Positions 1 through 12,549 of a DNA stretch of 64,000 nt are shown here, piece by piece. The DNA comes from Octopus sinensis. Lineage: Eukaryota. The notes beneath the pieces are model-generated. The model saw only the letters and a list, made by a program, of their open reading frames with translations. It made no database searches and was not told the origin of the DNA. The stretch covers positions 14,198,001 to 14,262,000 of the forward strand of contig NC_043010.1 in assembly GCF_006345805.1 (NCBI RefSeq), given 5' to 3'. Both the position numbers and the translations under genes were made by a program. Position 1 is the stretch's first letter; every line of letters starts with the position of its first letter.

Positions 1-83
1 ACGGGCTTCTTTCAGTTTCCGTCTACACAAATCCACTTACTGAGAGTAAAATTCTTACATTTTTGTCGGTTTCATCATTACAG

Positions 84-237
84 GACAGATTGAAGAAATT
101 TGAGGTGCACATGCAAGAGGAAGCCAAGAGCCGGCTCAAGAAACGCAAGGAGAAACGTAAAAAAGAACGCCGAGAGAAGTTCTATCGCGAAAAAGAGGAG
201 GCCGAGATACGCTTGAGGGAAGAGGTAGAGAGAAAAG
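84..237 (+). CDS. EIF3A: eIF3a internal coding exon (first in window; gene starts upstream)
   Basis: ttacag acceptor ending 83, gtaaga donor at 238. DRLKKFEVHMQEEAKSRLKKRKEKRKKERREKFYREKEEAEIR resembles the eIF3a coiled-coil region (human RKRQRKEERRITYYREKEEEEQR, recalled). Phase 0 in, phase 1 out. Confidence 0.92.
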
Positions 238-415
238 GTAAGAAATTTTTATGTATTGACTTCCGTATCAACTTAGCTGTTCTTCTTTCTCATTGTACTT
301 ACAAGAATGATCTCAACACTCTTACTTGATCTGGCAGAACTAACAGCCAGATCTTTCTCAGTCACACCCTATTTTTCCAGAAAAGGAAGATAAATTTAAT
401 AATGTAGTCTTAGAT

Positions 416-810
416 AGGCGCAGGAGTGGCTGTGTGGTAAGTAGCTTGTTTACCAACCACATGGTTCCAGGTTCAGTCCCACTGCGTGGCACCTTGGGCA
501 AGTGTCTTCTACTATAGCCTCGGGCCGACCAAAGCCTTGTGAGTGAATTTGGTAGACGGAAACTGAAAGAAGCCCGTTGTATATATGTATATATATGTGT
601 GTGTATGTTTGTGTTTGTCCCCCTAGCATTGCTTGACAACTGATGCTGGTGTGTTTATGTCCCCGTCACTTAGCGGTTCGGCAAAAGAGACCGATAGAAT
701 AAGTACTGGGCTTGCAAAGATTAAGTCACGGGGTTGAGTTGCTCGATTAAAGGCGGTGCTCCAGCATGGCTGCAGTCAAATGACTGAAGCAAGTAAAAGA
801 GTAAAAGAGA
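416..810 (+). mobile_element. tRNA-derived SINE family A (~390 bp, internal (TA)n/(TG)n, AGTAAAAG tail); about 18 copies
   Basis: A box TGGCTGTGTGG, B box GGTTCAGTCC. Plus-strand copies at ~2207, 9579, 18760, 20227, 22512, 32601, 35453, 38197, 41812, 45672, 46086, 58425. Minus-strand copies at ~7488, 14058, 23655, 27372 and split 39975/40925. Confidence 0.92.
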
Positions 811-1401
811 GATAAGACTAGGACGGGGTAGTTACAACTTGAATGGATGCCTTTGATTCTAGCTCTGCTGGGACAGGCTGTACTTAAGACAAAACAATTG
901 TTTAATTCTATATCAATTATGATCAAAAACATTCCAAGCATGAACCCCTCCCTTTCTTTTTTGAAGGAATATTAAACAAGTACATGTTCCCTCACTTGCT
1001 CAGCTTGCCAATTACAGCAGTGTGTGGTGTGTATATTTGATATATGGCTATCAGTTGACTATTAAAGAGCTTGGTTGTGGCTACACGAGAGGAGTTGATT
1101 AGGAAATGTATGTGTGCCTGTGGCACTTTGTAAAATTTATTTGAGCTTTTCTGTAACACAATGGGCTTAGATGGGTCATTTTGTGTTTCAGTAGTATTAG
1201 GATGACGTCTTGCTGTGGATGGAGCAGAGTTATCATCAGTACTCCCTTTGTGTGTGTGTGTGTGCGCAACTGGGACTACATTGTTCAGTATGTAGTTTTT
1301 AAGATGGTTGCTCATATTTGGGGTAGATTTTGACTGTTATTTTTCTTGCAGGTTGACCCTTTAGTTAGTATTCAGATTACTCTGTTGAATATATTCATAT
1401 T

Positions 1402-1625
1402 GTAAAGTATACTAGCCATCTCAATATGGCTAACCACTAAGGGTGGGTGTTACTGTAGCTTTTAGCCCCAGGAGATCATCGTCTCCAGCTGGCTTTAGGC
1501 ACACTTCTGTGCCTTTTTTAAAAATTTTTTTAAGCCAGCTAGAGACGATGATCTCCTGGGGCTAAAAGCTACAGTAACACCCACCCTTAGTGGTTAGCCA
1601 TATTGAGATGGCTAGTATACTTTAC
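1402..1625. mobile_element. Foldback/MITE with ~94-bp inverted arms
   Basis: 1402-1495 is the reverse complement of 1532-1625, with about 2 differences. Confidence 0.8.
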
Positions 1626-2640
1626 GTTGTCGGGCGGTTACTGTTTACATCTCGTTCAGAGATTTATTATTGCTATATTCGTATTGTTTTGAATTAATCA
1701 TGCATTGTCATGTGGCTGTGAAATTTCAATGATGTGATTATTTATTTTTAGATGGACATAGTAGAGTATGTGTGAGAGGCCAGATATAGCCAGTTTAAAT
1801 GCTAAAGGGTTGATCTCATTGCCTGTAGTAGATCTAATGGCAATGGAATTATCATTCAGTATTGGTTTTCTGTGCTGCCATGGGCTGGATGGCTTGACAG
1901 GGTCTGGCAAGCCACAGGGCTACATTGGGCTCCAGGGTCAGCTTTGTCATGGTTCTAAAGCTACAGCTACATACCCTTCCTAATGCCAATCACTTTATAG
2001 TGTGTATTAGGTGCTTTTTTTTTGTGCTTTTGGCATTAATGAGGTTTGCCAAGTAATTTGCGAGACTGAAAAAGAGTATTTGGGGAGGAGGTAGCTTTAT
2101 TTCATGTGTTGAGGGACTAAAGTATTGATAGTGGGGACAAGTGCGGGTGTCTTGTTATAGAAGAGATACATGTGAGGGGGATTTGGAGGAAAGAAGATAC
2201 AGATGTAGGCGCAGGAGTGGCTGTGTGGTAAGTAGCTTGTTTACCAACCACATGGTTCCGGGTTCAGTCCCACTGCGTGGCACCTTGGGCAAGTGTCTTC
2301 TACTATAGCCTCGGGCCGACCAAAGCCTTGTGAGTGGATTTGGTAGACGGAAACTGAAAGAAGCCCGTCGTATATATGTATATATATATGCGTGTTTGTG
2401 TGTCTGTGTTTGTCCCCCTAGCATTGCTTGACAACCGATGCTGGTGTGTTTATGTCCCCATTACTTAGCGGTTCGGCAAAAGAGACCAAAAGAATAAGTC
2501 CCGGATCGAGTTGCTCGATTAAAGGCAGTGCTCCAACATGACAAGTAAAAGAGTAAAGAGATTGTTGTGGTTGGGGTGCCAGAGCATTCTCTCGAGGGAC
2601 AAGACGAGAGTTATTGATATGGACATATGTTTTACTTCAG

Positions 2641-2797
2641 AAACGGAAGAAAGAGAAGAAGCCGAACGAGTTGAACGTGAGAGACGTGAACAAGAGGCAC
2701 GAGAGAGAACAGCGAAGCTGCAAGAACAGTTTGCTAAACAGAAGGCTCGTGAGAAAGAGATTGAAGAGAAAGAAGCACGAAGAAGAGAAGAGCAGCT
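2641..2797 (+). CDS. EIF3A: eIF3a coding exon
   Basis: ttacttcag acceptor, gtaagt donor at 2798. (E)TEEREEAERVERERREQEARERTAKLQEQFAKQKAREKEIEEKEARRREEQ(L). Phase 1 in, 2 out, consistent with neighbours. Confidence 0.92.
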
Positions 2798-2873
2798 GTA
2801 AGTAGACTTTGTTTTATAAATGGGGATAAAAGCAGGTGGTGGTGGTGATGGCCCCTATCTTACCACCCTTTTC

Positions 2874-5481
2874 TTAATGGACTCTTTCCAAATATCTACG
2901 CTTGTATTTGGTATAAATCCTTAAAATCCTTTAAAATGTTTTAGCCTGAAAGCCGTGGCCATGCTGGGGCACCACCGCTGGTTCAAATTTTAAGTTTTTT
3001 CCCTTACACCCTTTCCTGAAATACGTACCAGTCAGGTACTGGGTTGATTCAATCAACTATTTGTAATATAAGTAAATTGTTTTCGTTTCCTTTCTTAAAT
3101 CCCCGGCCATGTGTCATCTTAGAAATTTTCATTTTTTATGAGTTGTCTATTTGGGTTAATAATGCATTCTCATATTCTAGATTGAGCTATCTTTATAAAT
3201 TGTGAAGTGATTTCTGGAAACTGCTGGATCATTGTTGGTATTTTAGATGTCTTCTGGTGATTCCAGCTTCGTTTCCAACATTAAAATGTGAGGACTTTTC
3301 AGATGTGACCCATGAACCTGGTCATCTTCTTCATTCCACCTCATACAGAAATAAAATGGGTCAAATAACAAGACTGTTATTCCCTATTAAACAATGTACT
3401 TTGGAGATAATATCACTAGGTGTTAAGATAGTCTTGGCACTGTTTGACTGATTCTGAAAATTTGCAACTAACTAAACCTTTGACACCCAAACTTGCACTG
3501 ACTGCATGAATGCCGATCTTGGTAAGATTCTTTAGTGGGTGTGATGTCAATGTTGTCTTCCTTAATATCTCAAAGACCATCCCACCACAATTCATGTGTG
3601 CAGTCGTGTATTCCACTTCCATTAACCCTTTCGTTACTATATTTCTGACCAAAATACGCCCCTCATGAGTTTCAATTAAATTCTAAAATAATAACTGTAA
3701 CTTGTTTATTTATCAACATATTAATGTGATATTTGGAGCATAATTAAAGAAAGGGTTCTTAATCTATTCTATTGCATAACTTTTGTCTCAAAGTGACTTT
3801 AACTACAGGTAAATCCAGGTAAACTGAGCAAATGGTAAAAATATTAAAATTTTGTTTAAACATCACCATAGAAAATGAATCATCAGCTAATATTCAATTG
3901 GGTATGCAACAAAATTTTGATAAAGAAGAATTGTGCACATCACTAGATCATCTGTTGAAATTAATGCTCAACAGAACAGGTGTACCATAAAGGTGGAATA
4001 AACTGAAATATTGGAATCCACCTAAATCCACAGCAAGTTTGACTGAACTAAAGAAATCGGTCAAAAAATAATATACGGCCCTGGTTATGGTATGGAAGTG
4101 ATAAATTCCAGACCACATCGTTCCCTAGCCCATGTTGACTAACATTATTTTCCCTGTATAAAAACTAAATCCACAGCAGTACCCAGTATTTGCTTCACAA
4201 ATTTTCCGAACTTTGATCCCCCATTTTGTGTTTGTTTACATTCTGCGTAACAGTTTGTTTCTGCAGTGATCGCTTCAAACAAGCATACTAATAAAAATAA
4301 AAGTCTAACGGTTTCGCTTCCTAAGAAAGACTATGGATAGACTTCATTCCGATGTAAAATCGTTTTTGCTGTTGCTATCGCCGCTTTCAGTTTCTTCAGA
4401 ATCGCTGCTTTCAGTTTCGGATACCAAAATATCCTATTCATTCTCGTACACCATGTGCTTTTGTACCTCATTCATTCTTTTTCTCGATATCTCCCTATTT
4501 TCCGTTGAAAAAGCTTTAAATTTGGAATCAATGCTTGATAACATGAAACTCCTATCCATTTTCAAAGTTGAAGAAAAATCGATGCCGAAAAAAATGTGGA
4601 AAAAAATCTCTCAAAATTCACTGAATTCAGATATCAGGTCAAGCAATGTCGGATACTATAACCCGTCTATTTACAAAGTGAAATCACATGTTTTAACAAA
4701 TGTACCAACGAGATTTGGGTTCAAATTTACATTTAAATAACAATAGGTTCTCTCGGCCGGGTACGGCCAGGATAGTAACGAAAGGGTTGATGGACCTCTT
4801 CCAAATATCTGTGCTTGTATTTGGTATGGTTCAAATTTTAAGGTTTTTCCCTTACACTCCTTTCCTGAAATATGTACCAGTCAGGTATTGGGTTGATTCA
4901 ATCAACTATTTGTCTTTATGAACCTAAGAACTTGTAATATAAGTAAATTGTTTTCGTTTCCTTTCTTAAATCCCCAGCCATGTGTCATCTTAGAAATTTT
5001 CATTTTTTATGAGTTGTCTATTTGGGTTAATAATGCATTCTCATATTCTAGATTGAGCTATCTTTATAAATTGTGATGTGATTTCTGGAAACTGCTTGGT
5101 CATTGTTGGTGTTTTAGATGTCTTCTGGTGATTCCAGCTTCGTTTCCAACATTAAAATGTGAGGACTTTTCAGATGTGACCCATGAACCTGGTCATCTTC
5201 TTCATTCCACCTCATACAGAAATAAAATGGGTCAAATAACAAGACTGTTATTCCCTATTAAACAATGTACTTTGGAGATAATATCACTAGGTGTTAAGAT
5301 AGTCTTGGCACTGTTTGACTGATTCTGAAAATTTGCAACTAACTAAACCTTTGACACCCAAACTTGCACTGACTGCATGAATGCCGATCTTGGTAAGATT
5401 CTTTAGTGTTGTCTTCCTTAATATCTCAAAGACCATCCCACCACAATTCACGTGTGCAGTCGTGTATTCCACTTCCATTAA
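2874..5481 (+). repeat. Local direct duplication (~0.7 kb) flanking a piggyBac-type element
   Basis: 2874-3625 is closely similar to 4787-5481; the identical 64-aa ORFs at 3257 and 5128 arise from it. Confidence 0.9.
3626..4786. mobile_element. Non-autonomous piggyBac-type element (1.16 kb)
   Basis: 15-bp TIRs CCCTTTCGTTACTAT/ATAGTAACGAAAGGG, flanked by TTAA and TTGA. Confidence 0.8.
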
Positions 5482-6379
5482 ACATACAAAACACAGCAAA
5501 ATTCACTACAAATGTTAGGCTTCGCTACCATTGTTCTAGTGATCTCGTGACTTCAACACAGCAAAGACTGACCCTCCACTCGAAAATACTTGAGCTCCTG
5601 ACAACTACTAGCTAGCTACAAAACTGAAGTGAAGCCCACTATGAAACCCTGCTTCCACATGTAGTACAGTACTGCTGTTATATGTATGACAAATATCTTA
5701 GTCTGCATCCACAAGGAGCTTGTCCACCAACAAACTCCAACCTCTGGTCAACAGATGTGCTGCCTCTTCTACTGCTGCTACAGTGGCATCTGTTTCTTGG
5801 TGCAAATTGATCTTGTGCACCGGATTTCCTCATGTTCTCCCCTCTCACCCCTTTCCGAATGCTAAAGTGACCGTTTCCTTCAAGAACAGACTTTCAATGT
5901 ATTCGATTAATTTACAGAATTAGTAGCAAAATATAAAAGAAGTGGTGAAGAAGCTGTAGTTAACATGCTGTGAATTTTATTTAGATGGTTTTTTGAAATG
6001 TAACCTAACAAGGTTTCATACTTGAAGATCTGTACCAAAATGCCTTTGCAGAGCCTCCCATGATTGGTTAGCTCAACACAGTACATGTAATAAGGATTTC
6101 AGAGATTTTTTTAAACTTTCAGTTTTAAGCAGCCAGTATATATTGAAAGAATGGCATTGCTACACACAGTTATATTCCCTTCTTTCATTGTATGCAAACA
6201 ACCTGTTCAATCATATATATATATTGTCAATAATAATAAACTACGAATTCCTCTGTAGGAATTTGTTGCTCTATACCTCACGTGGGTGGACAGGGGAAGG
6301 TACTGGATGTCGAGGATGGTTTGTCTGAGGTTACTCAAATCAGACGGGTATATTCGGTTTTTAGTGCTCTCAAATTTAA

Positions 6380-6598
6380 CCCTTTAGTATTTAAACCGGC
6401 CATGTCCGGCCAAAATATTTAATCTGTTTTATGTTCAAACTGACCAGATCCAGGCTCTCACACCTACCCTACAATGTTATTCCACGTTAAGTAATTACAC
6501 CATCAAGATCTTGAAGATATGAGATAATGCATGCTTAATTCAAATCAATGTGAATCAATAAGCATTATGTTTGATAGAATAATCAGAACACTAAAGGG
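6380..6598. mobile_element. piggyBac-type MITE family F (copies at 10325-10545, 31940-32144; partial at ~7250, ~27020, ~61830, 63903-64000)
   Basis: TTAA-CCCTTTAG...CTAAAGGG-TTAA with a shared internal sequence. Confidence 0.85.
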
Positions 6599-6873
6599 TT
6601 AAATTTAATGAAATCTTGTGCCGATGACGGGAATGTTTGAATAGGGATGTATTTCTAGGGTCTCTATATCTAACTAACCCAGAAACGCGTTCACGAGTGA
6701 ACTTTCCTTATTTTTCCCTCTATGCCTACGTGAATTGTTTTTGAGTATACATTGTCTGGGAGACTCTTTTTATAGTAGTGGAAATAGCTAAGTTCTTTGG
6801 CTGCTATTTCTAAAAGTTTGGTGTGTGGTGAAGCAATTTTTTTTTTTGCTGAACCCTAATTATATAAAGTAAT

Positions 6874-6907
<34 letters not shown>

Positions 6908-6947
6908 CAGTATATCTCTTTCTTAATGATCAAATTGTGTTTTACAG

Positions 6948-7133
6948 TAGAGAAAAGCGTGAAGCAGAAACCACCTCACACTCCTGGAGAGAGACCACTC
7001 CTAAGGTGGAAAAGGTTGCTGCTGCTGCTGATGTAGCTAAAGAGAAGACACCATGGAAACCGATATCCAAAGAAGGTGGTTGGCGTGAGCGGACTCTGCA
7101 GAGGGAAGACAGCTGGCGCAAGCCTGACTCTAC
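6948..7133 (+). CDS. EIF3A: eIF3a coding exon (CAG/TAG tandem acceptor)
   Basis: ttttacag acceptor, gtaagt donor at 7134. Contains GGWRERTLQREDSW, similar to the eIF3a GGWRE..REESW motif. Phase 2/2. Confidence 0.9.
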
Positions 7134-7487
7134 GTAAGTATTCATTTGTCACTAGGCAACTTTTGATGGGTGGTGGTGGTGTTCATAGATGTTATTTGTA
7201 TTTTTATTAAGTTTCTAAATTTAAGTATATCAGTGTTTCTCAGTAAACTGACCGTATCTGGCCAAAATATTCTGCCAGCTCTATGTTCAAACTTGCAAGA
7301 TCCAACCTCTCACACTCGACCGACAATGTCATTCTAAAGAAACAAACAATCACACCATCAAAATTTTGATGCTATAAGACAATTCATAATTAATTCAAAG
7401 CAGTGTGAATAAATAATCATTGCAGGTGCCTTCCAGTTTGCCGATCACTTTGCTTTATTGATTATCTGCTCTGGTTGTCTCTCTCTC

Positions 7488-7880
7488 TCTTTTACTTGCT
7501 TCAGTCATTTGACTGCGGCCATGCTGGAGCACTGCCTTTAATTGAGCAACTCGACTACAGGACTTATTCTTTTGTAAGCCCAGTACTTATTCTATCGGTC
7601 TCTTTTTGCCGAACCGCTAAGTGACGGGGACGTAAATACACCAGCATCGGTTGTCAAGCAATGCTAGGGGGACAAACACACACACACGCATATATATATA
7701 TATATATACATATATACGACGGGCTTCTTTCAGTTTCCGTCTACCAAATCCACTCACAAGGCTTTGGTCGGCCCGAGGCTATAGTAGAAGACACTTGCCC
7801 AAGGTGTCGCGCAGTGGGATCGAACTCGGAACCATGTGGTTGGTACTCAAGCTACTTACCACACAGCCACTCCTGCGTCT
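7488..7880 (-). mobile_element. SINE family A copy
   Basis: Reverse complement of 416-810, ending ~80 nt before the eIF3a acceptor at 7957. Confidence 0.9.
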
Positions 7881-7957
7881 CTGTTAATTCTCCTTTTAAC
7901 CTACAGTCGTTGTGTAATTTGTTGGTTTATTTATATATTCATTTTCCTCCCTCTCAG

Positions 7958-8227
7958 CAAAGAAGCTGAAGATATACACTGGAAACATGGCAAGAGTGAT
8001 CGCATTCCTGCACGGGATGTAAGATATGAAGACCCTCCTGAGGAACCAGACAAGGAGGACGATAACTGGCGCAGCTCTGCTGATGTGCCACTTAAAGATA
8101 CTCCATTAAGAGAGAGCTCTGGAAGGATGACTCCTGCCAAATTCACCCAGCCACAAGAATCAATGCCATCCAGAGACAGCTGGCGAGAAAAGGTTTCAAG
8201 GGATGTGGACAGAGGTGACAGAGACAG
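7958..8227 (+). CDS. EIF3A: eIF3a coding exon
   Basis: Strong pyrimidine tract and ctctcag acceptor, gtaagt donor at 8228. KEAEDIHWKHGK...DRGDRD(R). Phase 2/2. Confidence 0.9.
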
Positions 8228-8318
8228 GTAAGTCTTAATCTTGGAGTTTACTGTTTTTAAAAGAAGTTTCACCGGTTAATAGTTTGGTTTAATATTGGCT
8301 TGTTTTTATACATTTTAG

Positions 8319-8896
8319 ATTCCGTGAAGACAGATGGGGACGAAAAGAAGATCGTCGTGGGGGTGACGATGATGAGTGGAGGAAACCAAGAGTTTCTGGT
8401 AGAGATGACATGTGGAGAGGCCGTGACAGGGATGATACCGGTGGCGGTGGCAGTAGTAGCTGGAGAGACAGGGTTGGGGACAGGAGTGGGCCTCGAGAAG
8501 AGGGCAGTAGCTGGCGGGATAAAGGCTCTTCTATGGATGACCGCTGGCGCCCTACACGAGAGGAACGACCTCCACCAAGAGATCCAATGTGGATGCGTGA
8601 CAGAAAACCACCCTCTTCACGAGATGATGACTGGAAAGACAGAGGAATGGGTGAAAGGGGTGGTTTGAGAGACAGAGATGGTCCTCGTGACAGAGACGGA
8701 CCTCGCGATAGAGATATGCTCCGCGATAGGGATGGACCTCGTGACAGAGATGATGCCTGGAGCAGTGACCGGCCTATGTCAAGAAACACAGATGACTTCC
8801 GGGAAAAATCTGGAAAGTCCTTGAGTAGCTGGCGAGGTGGTGACCGTCGAGAAGAAAGAGGACCTCCAGGCCGTGATTCAGATTGGAGCAGGCGAG
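8319..8896 (+). CDS. EIF3A: eIF3a coding exon, Arg/Asp/Gly-rich repeat region
   Basis: cattttag acceptor, gtgagt donor at 8897. SWR motifs and DRDGPR repeats typical of the eIF3a C-terminal repeat domain. Phase 2 in, 1 out. Confidence 0.92.
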
Positions 8897-9006
8897 GTGA
8901 GTAGACCTATTTAATTTAAAGCTCTTATTTTCAGTGTCTGATGTTCCCCTTCATAGTCAAAGTCTGTTGTGTGATACTGATATCCCAGATCTTTTATTGT
9001 TTACAG

Positions 9007-9132
9007 GAACTGATCGTGGTCCCCCTGGCTTTTCTCGTCCAGATGGATCTTCACCACGGAATTGGCGATCAGGTGGTGGTGGTGGTGGTCCCAGTGGCGG
9101 TGGTGGTAGCAGCAGTGGTGGTGGTGGTGGAG
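9007..9132 (+). CDS. EIF3A: eIF3a coding exon, Gly/Ser-rich
   Basis: tttacag acceptor, gtatgt donor at 9133. (G)TDRGPPGFSRPDGSSPRNWRSGGGGGGPSGGGG. Phase 1/1. Confidence 0.88.
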
Positions 9133-11591
9133 GTATGTAAATTGTATATACTTTACAACTTATTTTGATTGCTTGGTAGTGTGTTAGAAATCGGTTTCAT
9201 TGAGCTGGGCGAAATGTGTAGCCGTATTTCGTCTGCCGTTACGTTCTGAGCTCAATATCTGCCGAGGTCGACTTTGCCTTTCATCTTTCGGGGTCGATAA
9301 ATTAAGCGCCAGTTACGCACTGGGGTCGATGTAATCGACTTAATCCGTTTGTCTGTCCTTGTTTGGACCCTCTGTGTTTGGCCCCTTGTAGGTAGTAAAG
9401 AAATATATATTACTGTTATCAATTCTCTCTAGTTGTTGATGGTGAGGGCAGTGTGAGAAAATGTTTTTGTAAATCTGATATACACTTCATCAGATCAGTA
9501 TGTGGTTGGCTAAGTTCGTATTCTATTTCATATGCTACTTATCAATGTCCAGGTTACCTAACTTTTACAATATTCACCAGGTGCAGGAGTGGCTGTGTGG
9601 TAAGTAGCTTGCTAACCAACCACATGGTTCCGGGTTCAGTCCCACTGCGTGGCATCTTGGGCAAGTGTCTTCTGCTATAGCCCCGGGGCCGACCAATGCC
9701 TTGTGAGTGGATTTGGTAGACGGAAACTGAAAGAAGCCTGTCGTATATGTGTATATATATATGTGTGTGTTTGTCCCCCTAGCATTGCTTGACAACTGAT
9801 GCTGGTGTGTTTACGTCCCTGTCACTTAGCGGTTGGGCAAAAGAAACCGATAGAATAAGCACTGGGCTTACAAAGAATAAGTCCCGGGGTCGATTTGCTT
9901 GACTAAAGGCGGTGCTCCAGCATGGCCGCAGTCAAAATGACTGAAACAAGTAAAAGAGTAAGAGAGTCAAATAGTTATTTATATTTCCTGGTTATCTTTG
10001 ATCCAGCTTTCTTAGGATCAAATCTAGTTAATGAGAATTGTGTCTTTTATTCTACTGTCGTTCCCCTTTTTATTTTTTATTTTTTTGTAACTTGATGCGG
10101 TGTAATTTTGAAAGGTATTTGGCTATTTTTAGTAGGTTGAACTTAATACTTAGAGAAGATTGGCAGTTAGCACAGGATGTCATAGTTGTGGTTTACAGTG
10201 ATTGCGGTGTAAATTAGATAATTTAGGTAACAAACCTTCACGTTATCTAATGACAACAGAAGATGCTGCTCTGACCTCGTGTGTCAAATCAGAGCAAGGC
10301 CTGAAAATGAGGAAGAAGCTTTAACCCTTTAGCAATTAAACTGGCCATATCCGGCCAAAAGTATTCTGCCTGTGCTATGTTCAAACTGGCCAGATCTGGT
10401 CTCTCACACCAACCCTACAATATCGTTTTAAAAATTAACAGCTTCCTCATCAAAATCTCATAGCTACAAGATAATGCATGATTAGTTCAAAACAATTTGG
10501 ATAAAAAAGCATTAATTTTGGCAAAATAATGCGAACACTAAAGGGTTAATGGAATATTCTGAGCAACCAAACTCACTTCTGTCGTGCAAATGTTTGCCTG
10601 TATACAATTGTGAATGCTGGAATATAAATGTTTTTATTTTGCAGAATTCTTTAGAGGAGTGCTACATACAATACTTAACCCTTTTGATGCCAAACTGTCT
10701 GAGATTGTATAAGTTTACTGTTTTGAAGTGATGTAAATTAAAAACTTCCTTCAACATTTAATTGACTTGACTTGACAGCATTCACCCGGGGTGGGTTGAG
10801 CTGGCTCCAAACAACTTAATGACGGTTATTTTACAAAATTATGTGAATTAAAGGCTATGTATTTCAACAAAAATTTAGTAAAAGGGTTAACATTAAACAG
10901 AATAAGTACATAAGCACTAAGTATCTGTTATTGTGGAGGCACATGGCCTAGTGGCTAGAGCAGCGGACTCACGGTCGAGGGATCGTGGGTTCGGATCTCA
11001 GACCGGGCAATGTGTGTGTTTATGAGCGAAGCACCTAAGCTCCACGTGGTTCCGGCAGAAGGTAATGGCGAAACATCTGCTGACACTTTCGCAACAACTT
11101 TCCCTCACTCTTTCCTCCTGCGACGCACCGGCATCCCATCCAGGTGGGGAAGCTTTGAGCCAGTCTGTTATAGGTGACACCAGGGTTGAATGGAAGAACA
11201 GAGTAGTGAATGTGAAAGACTGGCTGGAGTCACTGGGAGCTAGCAAGTTGGAAGGGGGATTAACTAATCTGGCTTGAGGTAGCATTGTAGTATTTGTCTG
11301 AGGAATACTGCAGTTTATTTTAACTGTTATAACCTTGGTTTCATCATCATCATTGGTTAACATCTGCTTTCCATGCTGGCATAGAACTGGCCAAACTGCT
11401 GTGGCATTGTTTCTATGGCTGGTTGCCCTTCCTAACAGTTTATTTAAAGATTTTTTTTCAACTAGATATAAGACTAACATTTGAAGTGGGTGAGAAGAAA
11501 GTAATTAGTTAATTACCAGCAACTGTATATTACTAGTATAATTCAAGGTTTTTTTATTGATTTAAAAAAATTTCTTTTTTTTTATTTTTAG

Positions 11592-11635
11592 GCCGTGCAG
11601 AGGACGATGATGGCTGGACTACAGTTCGATACTAG
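11592..11635 (+). CDS. EIF3A: eIF3a last coding exon
   Basis: T-rich tract with tag acceptor. (G)RAEDDDGWTTVRY* matches the conserved eIF3a C-terminus (human DEDGWTTVRR). The seven exons total 1515 nt, in frame. Confidence 0.95.
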
Positions 11636-12273
11636 TATTTGCTGCCAACACTGATATTAACTCATTGATGATATAACAAATAGGGATTTACTATCCCCAA
11701 CACCGCTGCCATATTATTATTATTACTACTACAGCCCTTTAACAGAAGGTGGCCTGTGGACAAGAGTCGGATGCACATAAAACCAAAACTGAATCTTATA
11801 ATTATTACAACTACTGCTACAGTTTTTTTGTCCCCCCCCCCCTTTTTAACTTCTAATTTACAAATTTTAATTTCAGAATTTCTCTCCCCAACTTCCTGTA
11901 TAAGGAGGTAAAACATCAAGGACAATGCCCAGTCTATTTGACGGTCAATTTGGTCTGTCAACAACCTGCTGTATACCTTCTCTACTTCCTCCTATCAGCT
12001 GAATATTAACCCTGCTTCTCTCAGATTGCCAGGTTTCCCCAAATACAATAAATATAATAATAATAAATAAATCCTTTTTTTTTTTTTTTTTTTTAAATAT
12101 ATCTATCAATTGTGCTAATTTCCAAAATAACAAAACTTTTCTTGTTATAACATATATATATATATACATGCGCACACATACACGCAAACAGGTGCACACA
12201 TACGTATATTTGGGGCTCTTGTATTTTTCTGTTACCCTTTGATTTTAAATGTGTTTAAATGTATAAACAATTC

Positions 12274-12279
12274 AATAAA
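12274..12279 (+). promoter_or_regulatory. Candidate eIF3a polyadenylation signal (AATAAA); an upstream one at 12047-12052
   Basis: Canonical hexamers 410-640 nt after the stop, followed by T-rich sequence. Usage not known. Confidence 0.5.
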
Positions 12280-12549
12280 ACTGAAACTTTGGAAAAATTT
12301 AATTTATTTCATGAGAGGGATTCTGAAAGTGGATGCTTTATGCATCTCTTTATTACATTTCACTCAATTTGACGTGACAATATTTGAAAGAAATTGTAAC
12401 CGAACTCTTCATGTACTACTTTATATTTGGTGATTATCAAAGTTTAGTTTTTTGAAGTTCCTTAGCATCCTTACTTGTCAGCATTATCATTTAATCATTA
12501 TTTAGTCACTCCCCCTACACATACAAGTAGTTCATATTTGAAATAATAG

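Noticed and set aside
358-639. Recurrent ORFs such as MSSNARGTN..., MLGGQT..., MTTDAGVF... across the window
   Set aside because: They are translations of SINE A copies in different frames, not a gene family.
3257-3451. Identical 64-aa ORF at 3257 and 5128
   Set aside because: A by-product of the local duplication; no splice signals or recognisable domain.
8934-9006. In-frame upstream acceptors for the eIF3a Gly-rich exon (8934 and 8988)
   Set aside because: 8934 would leave a 38-nt intron, and 8988 has a poor pyrimidine tract; 9006 is the stronger site.
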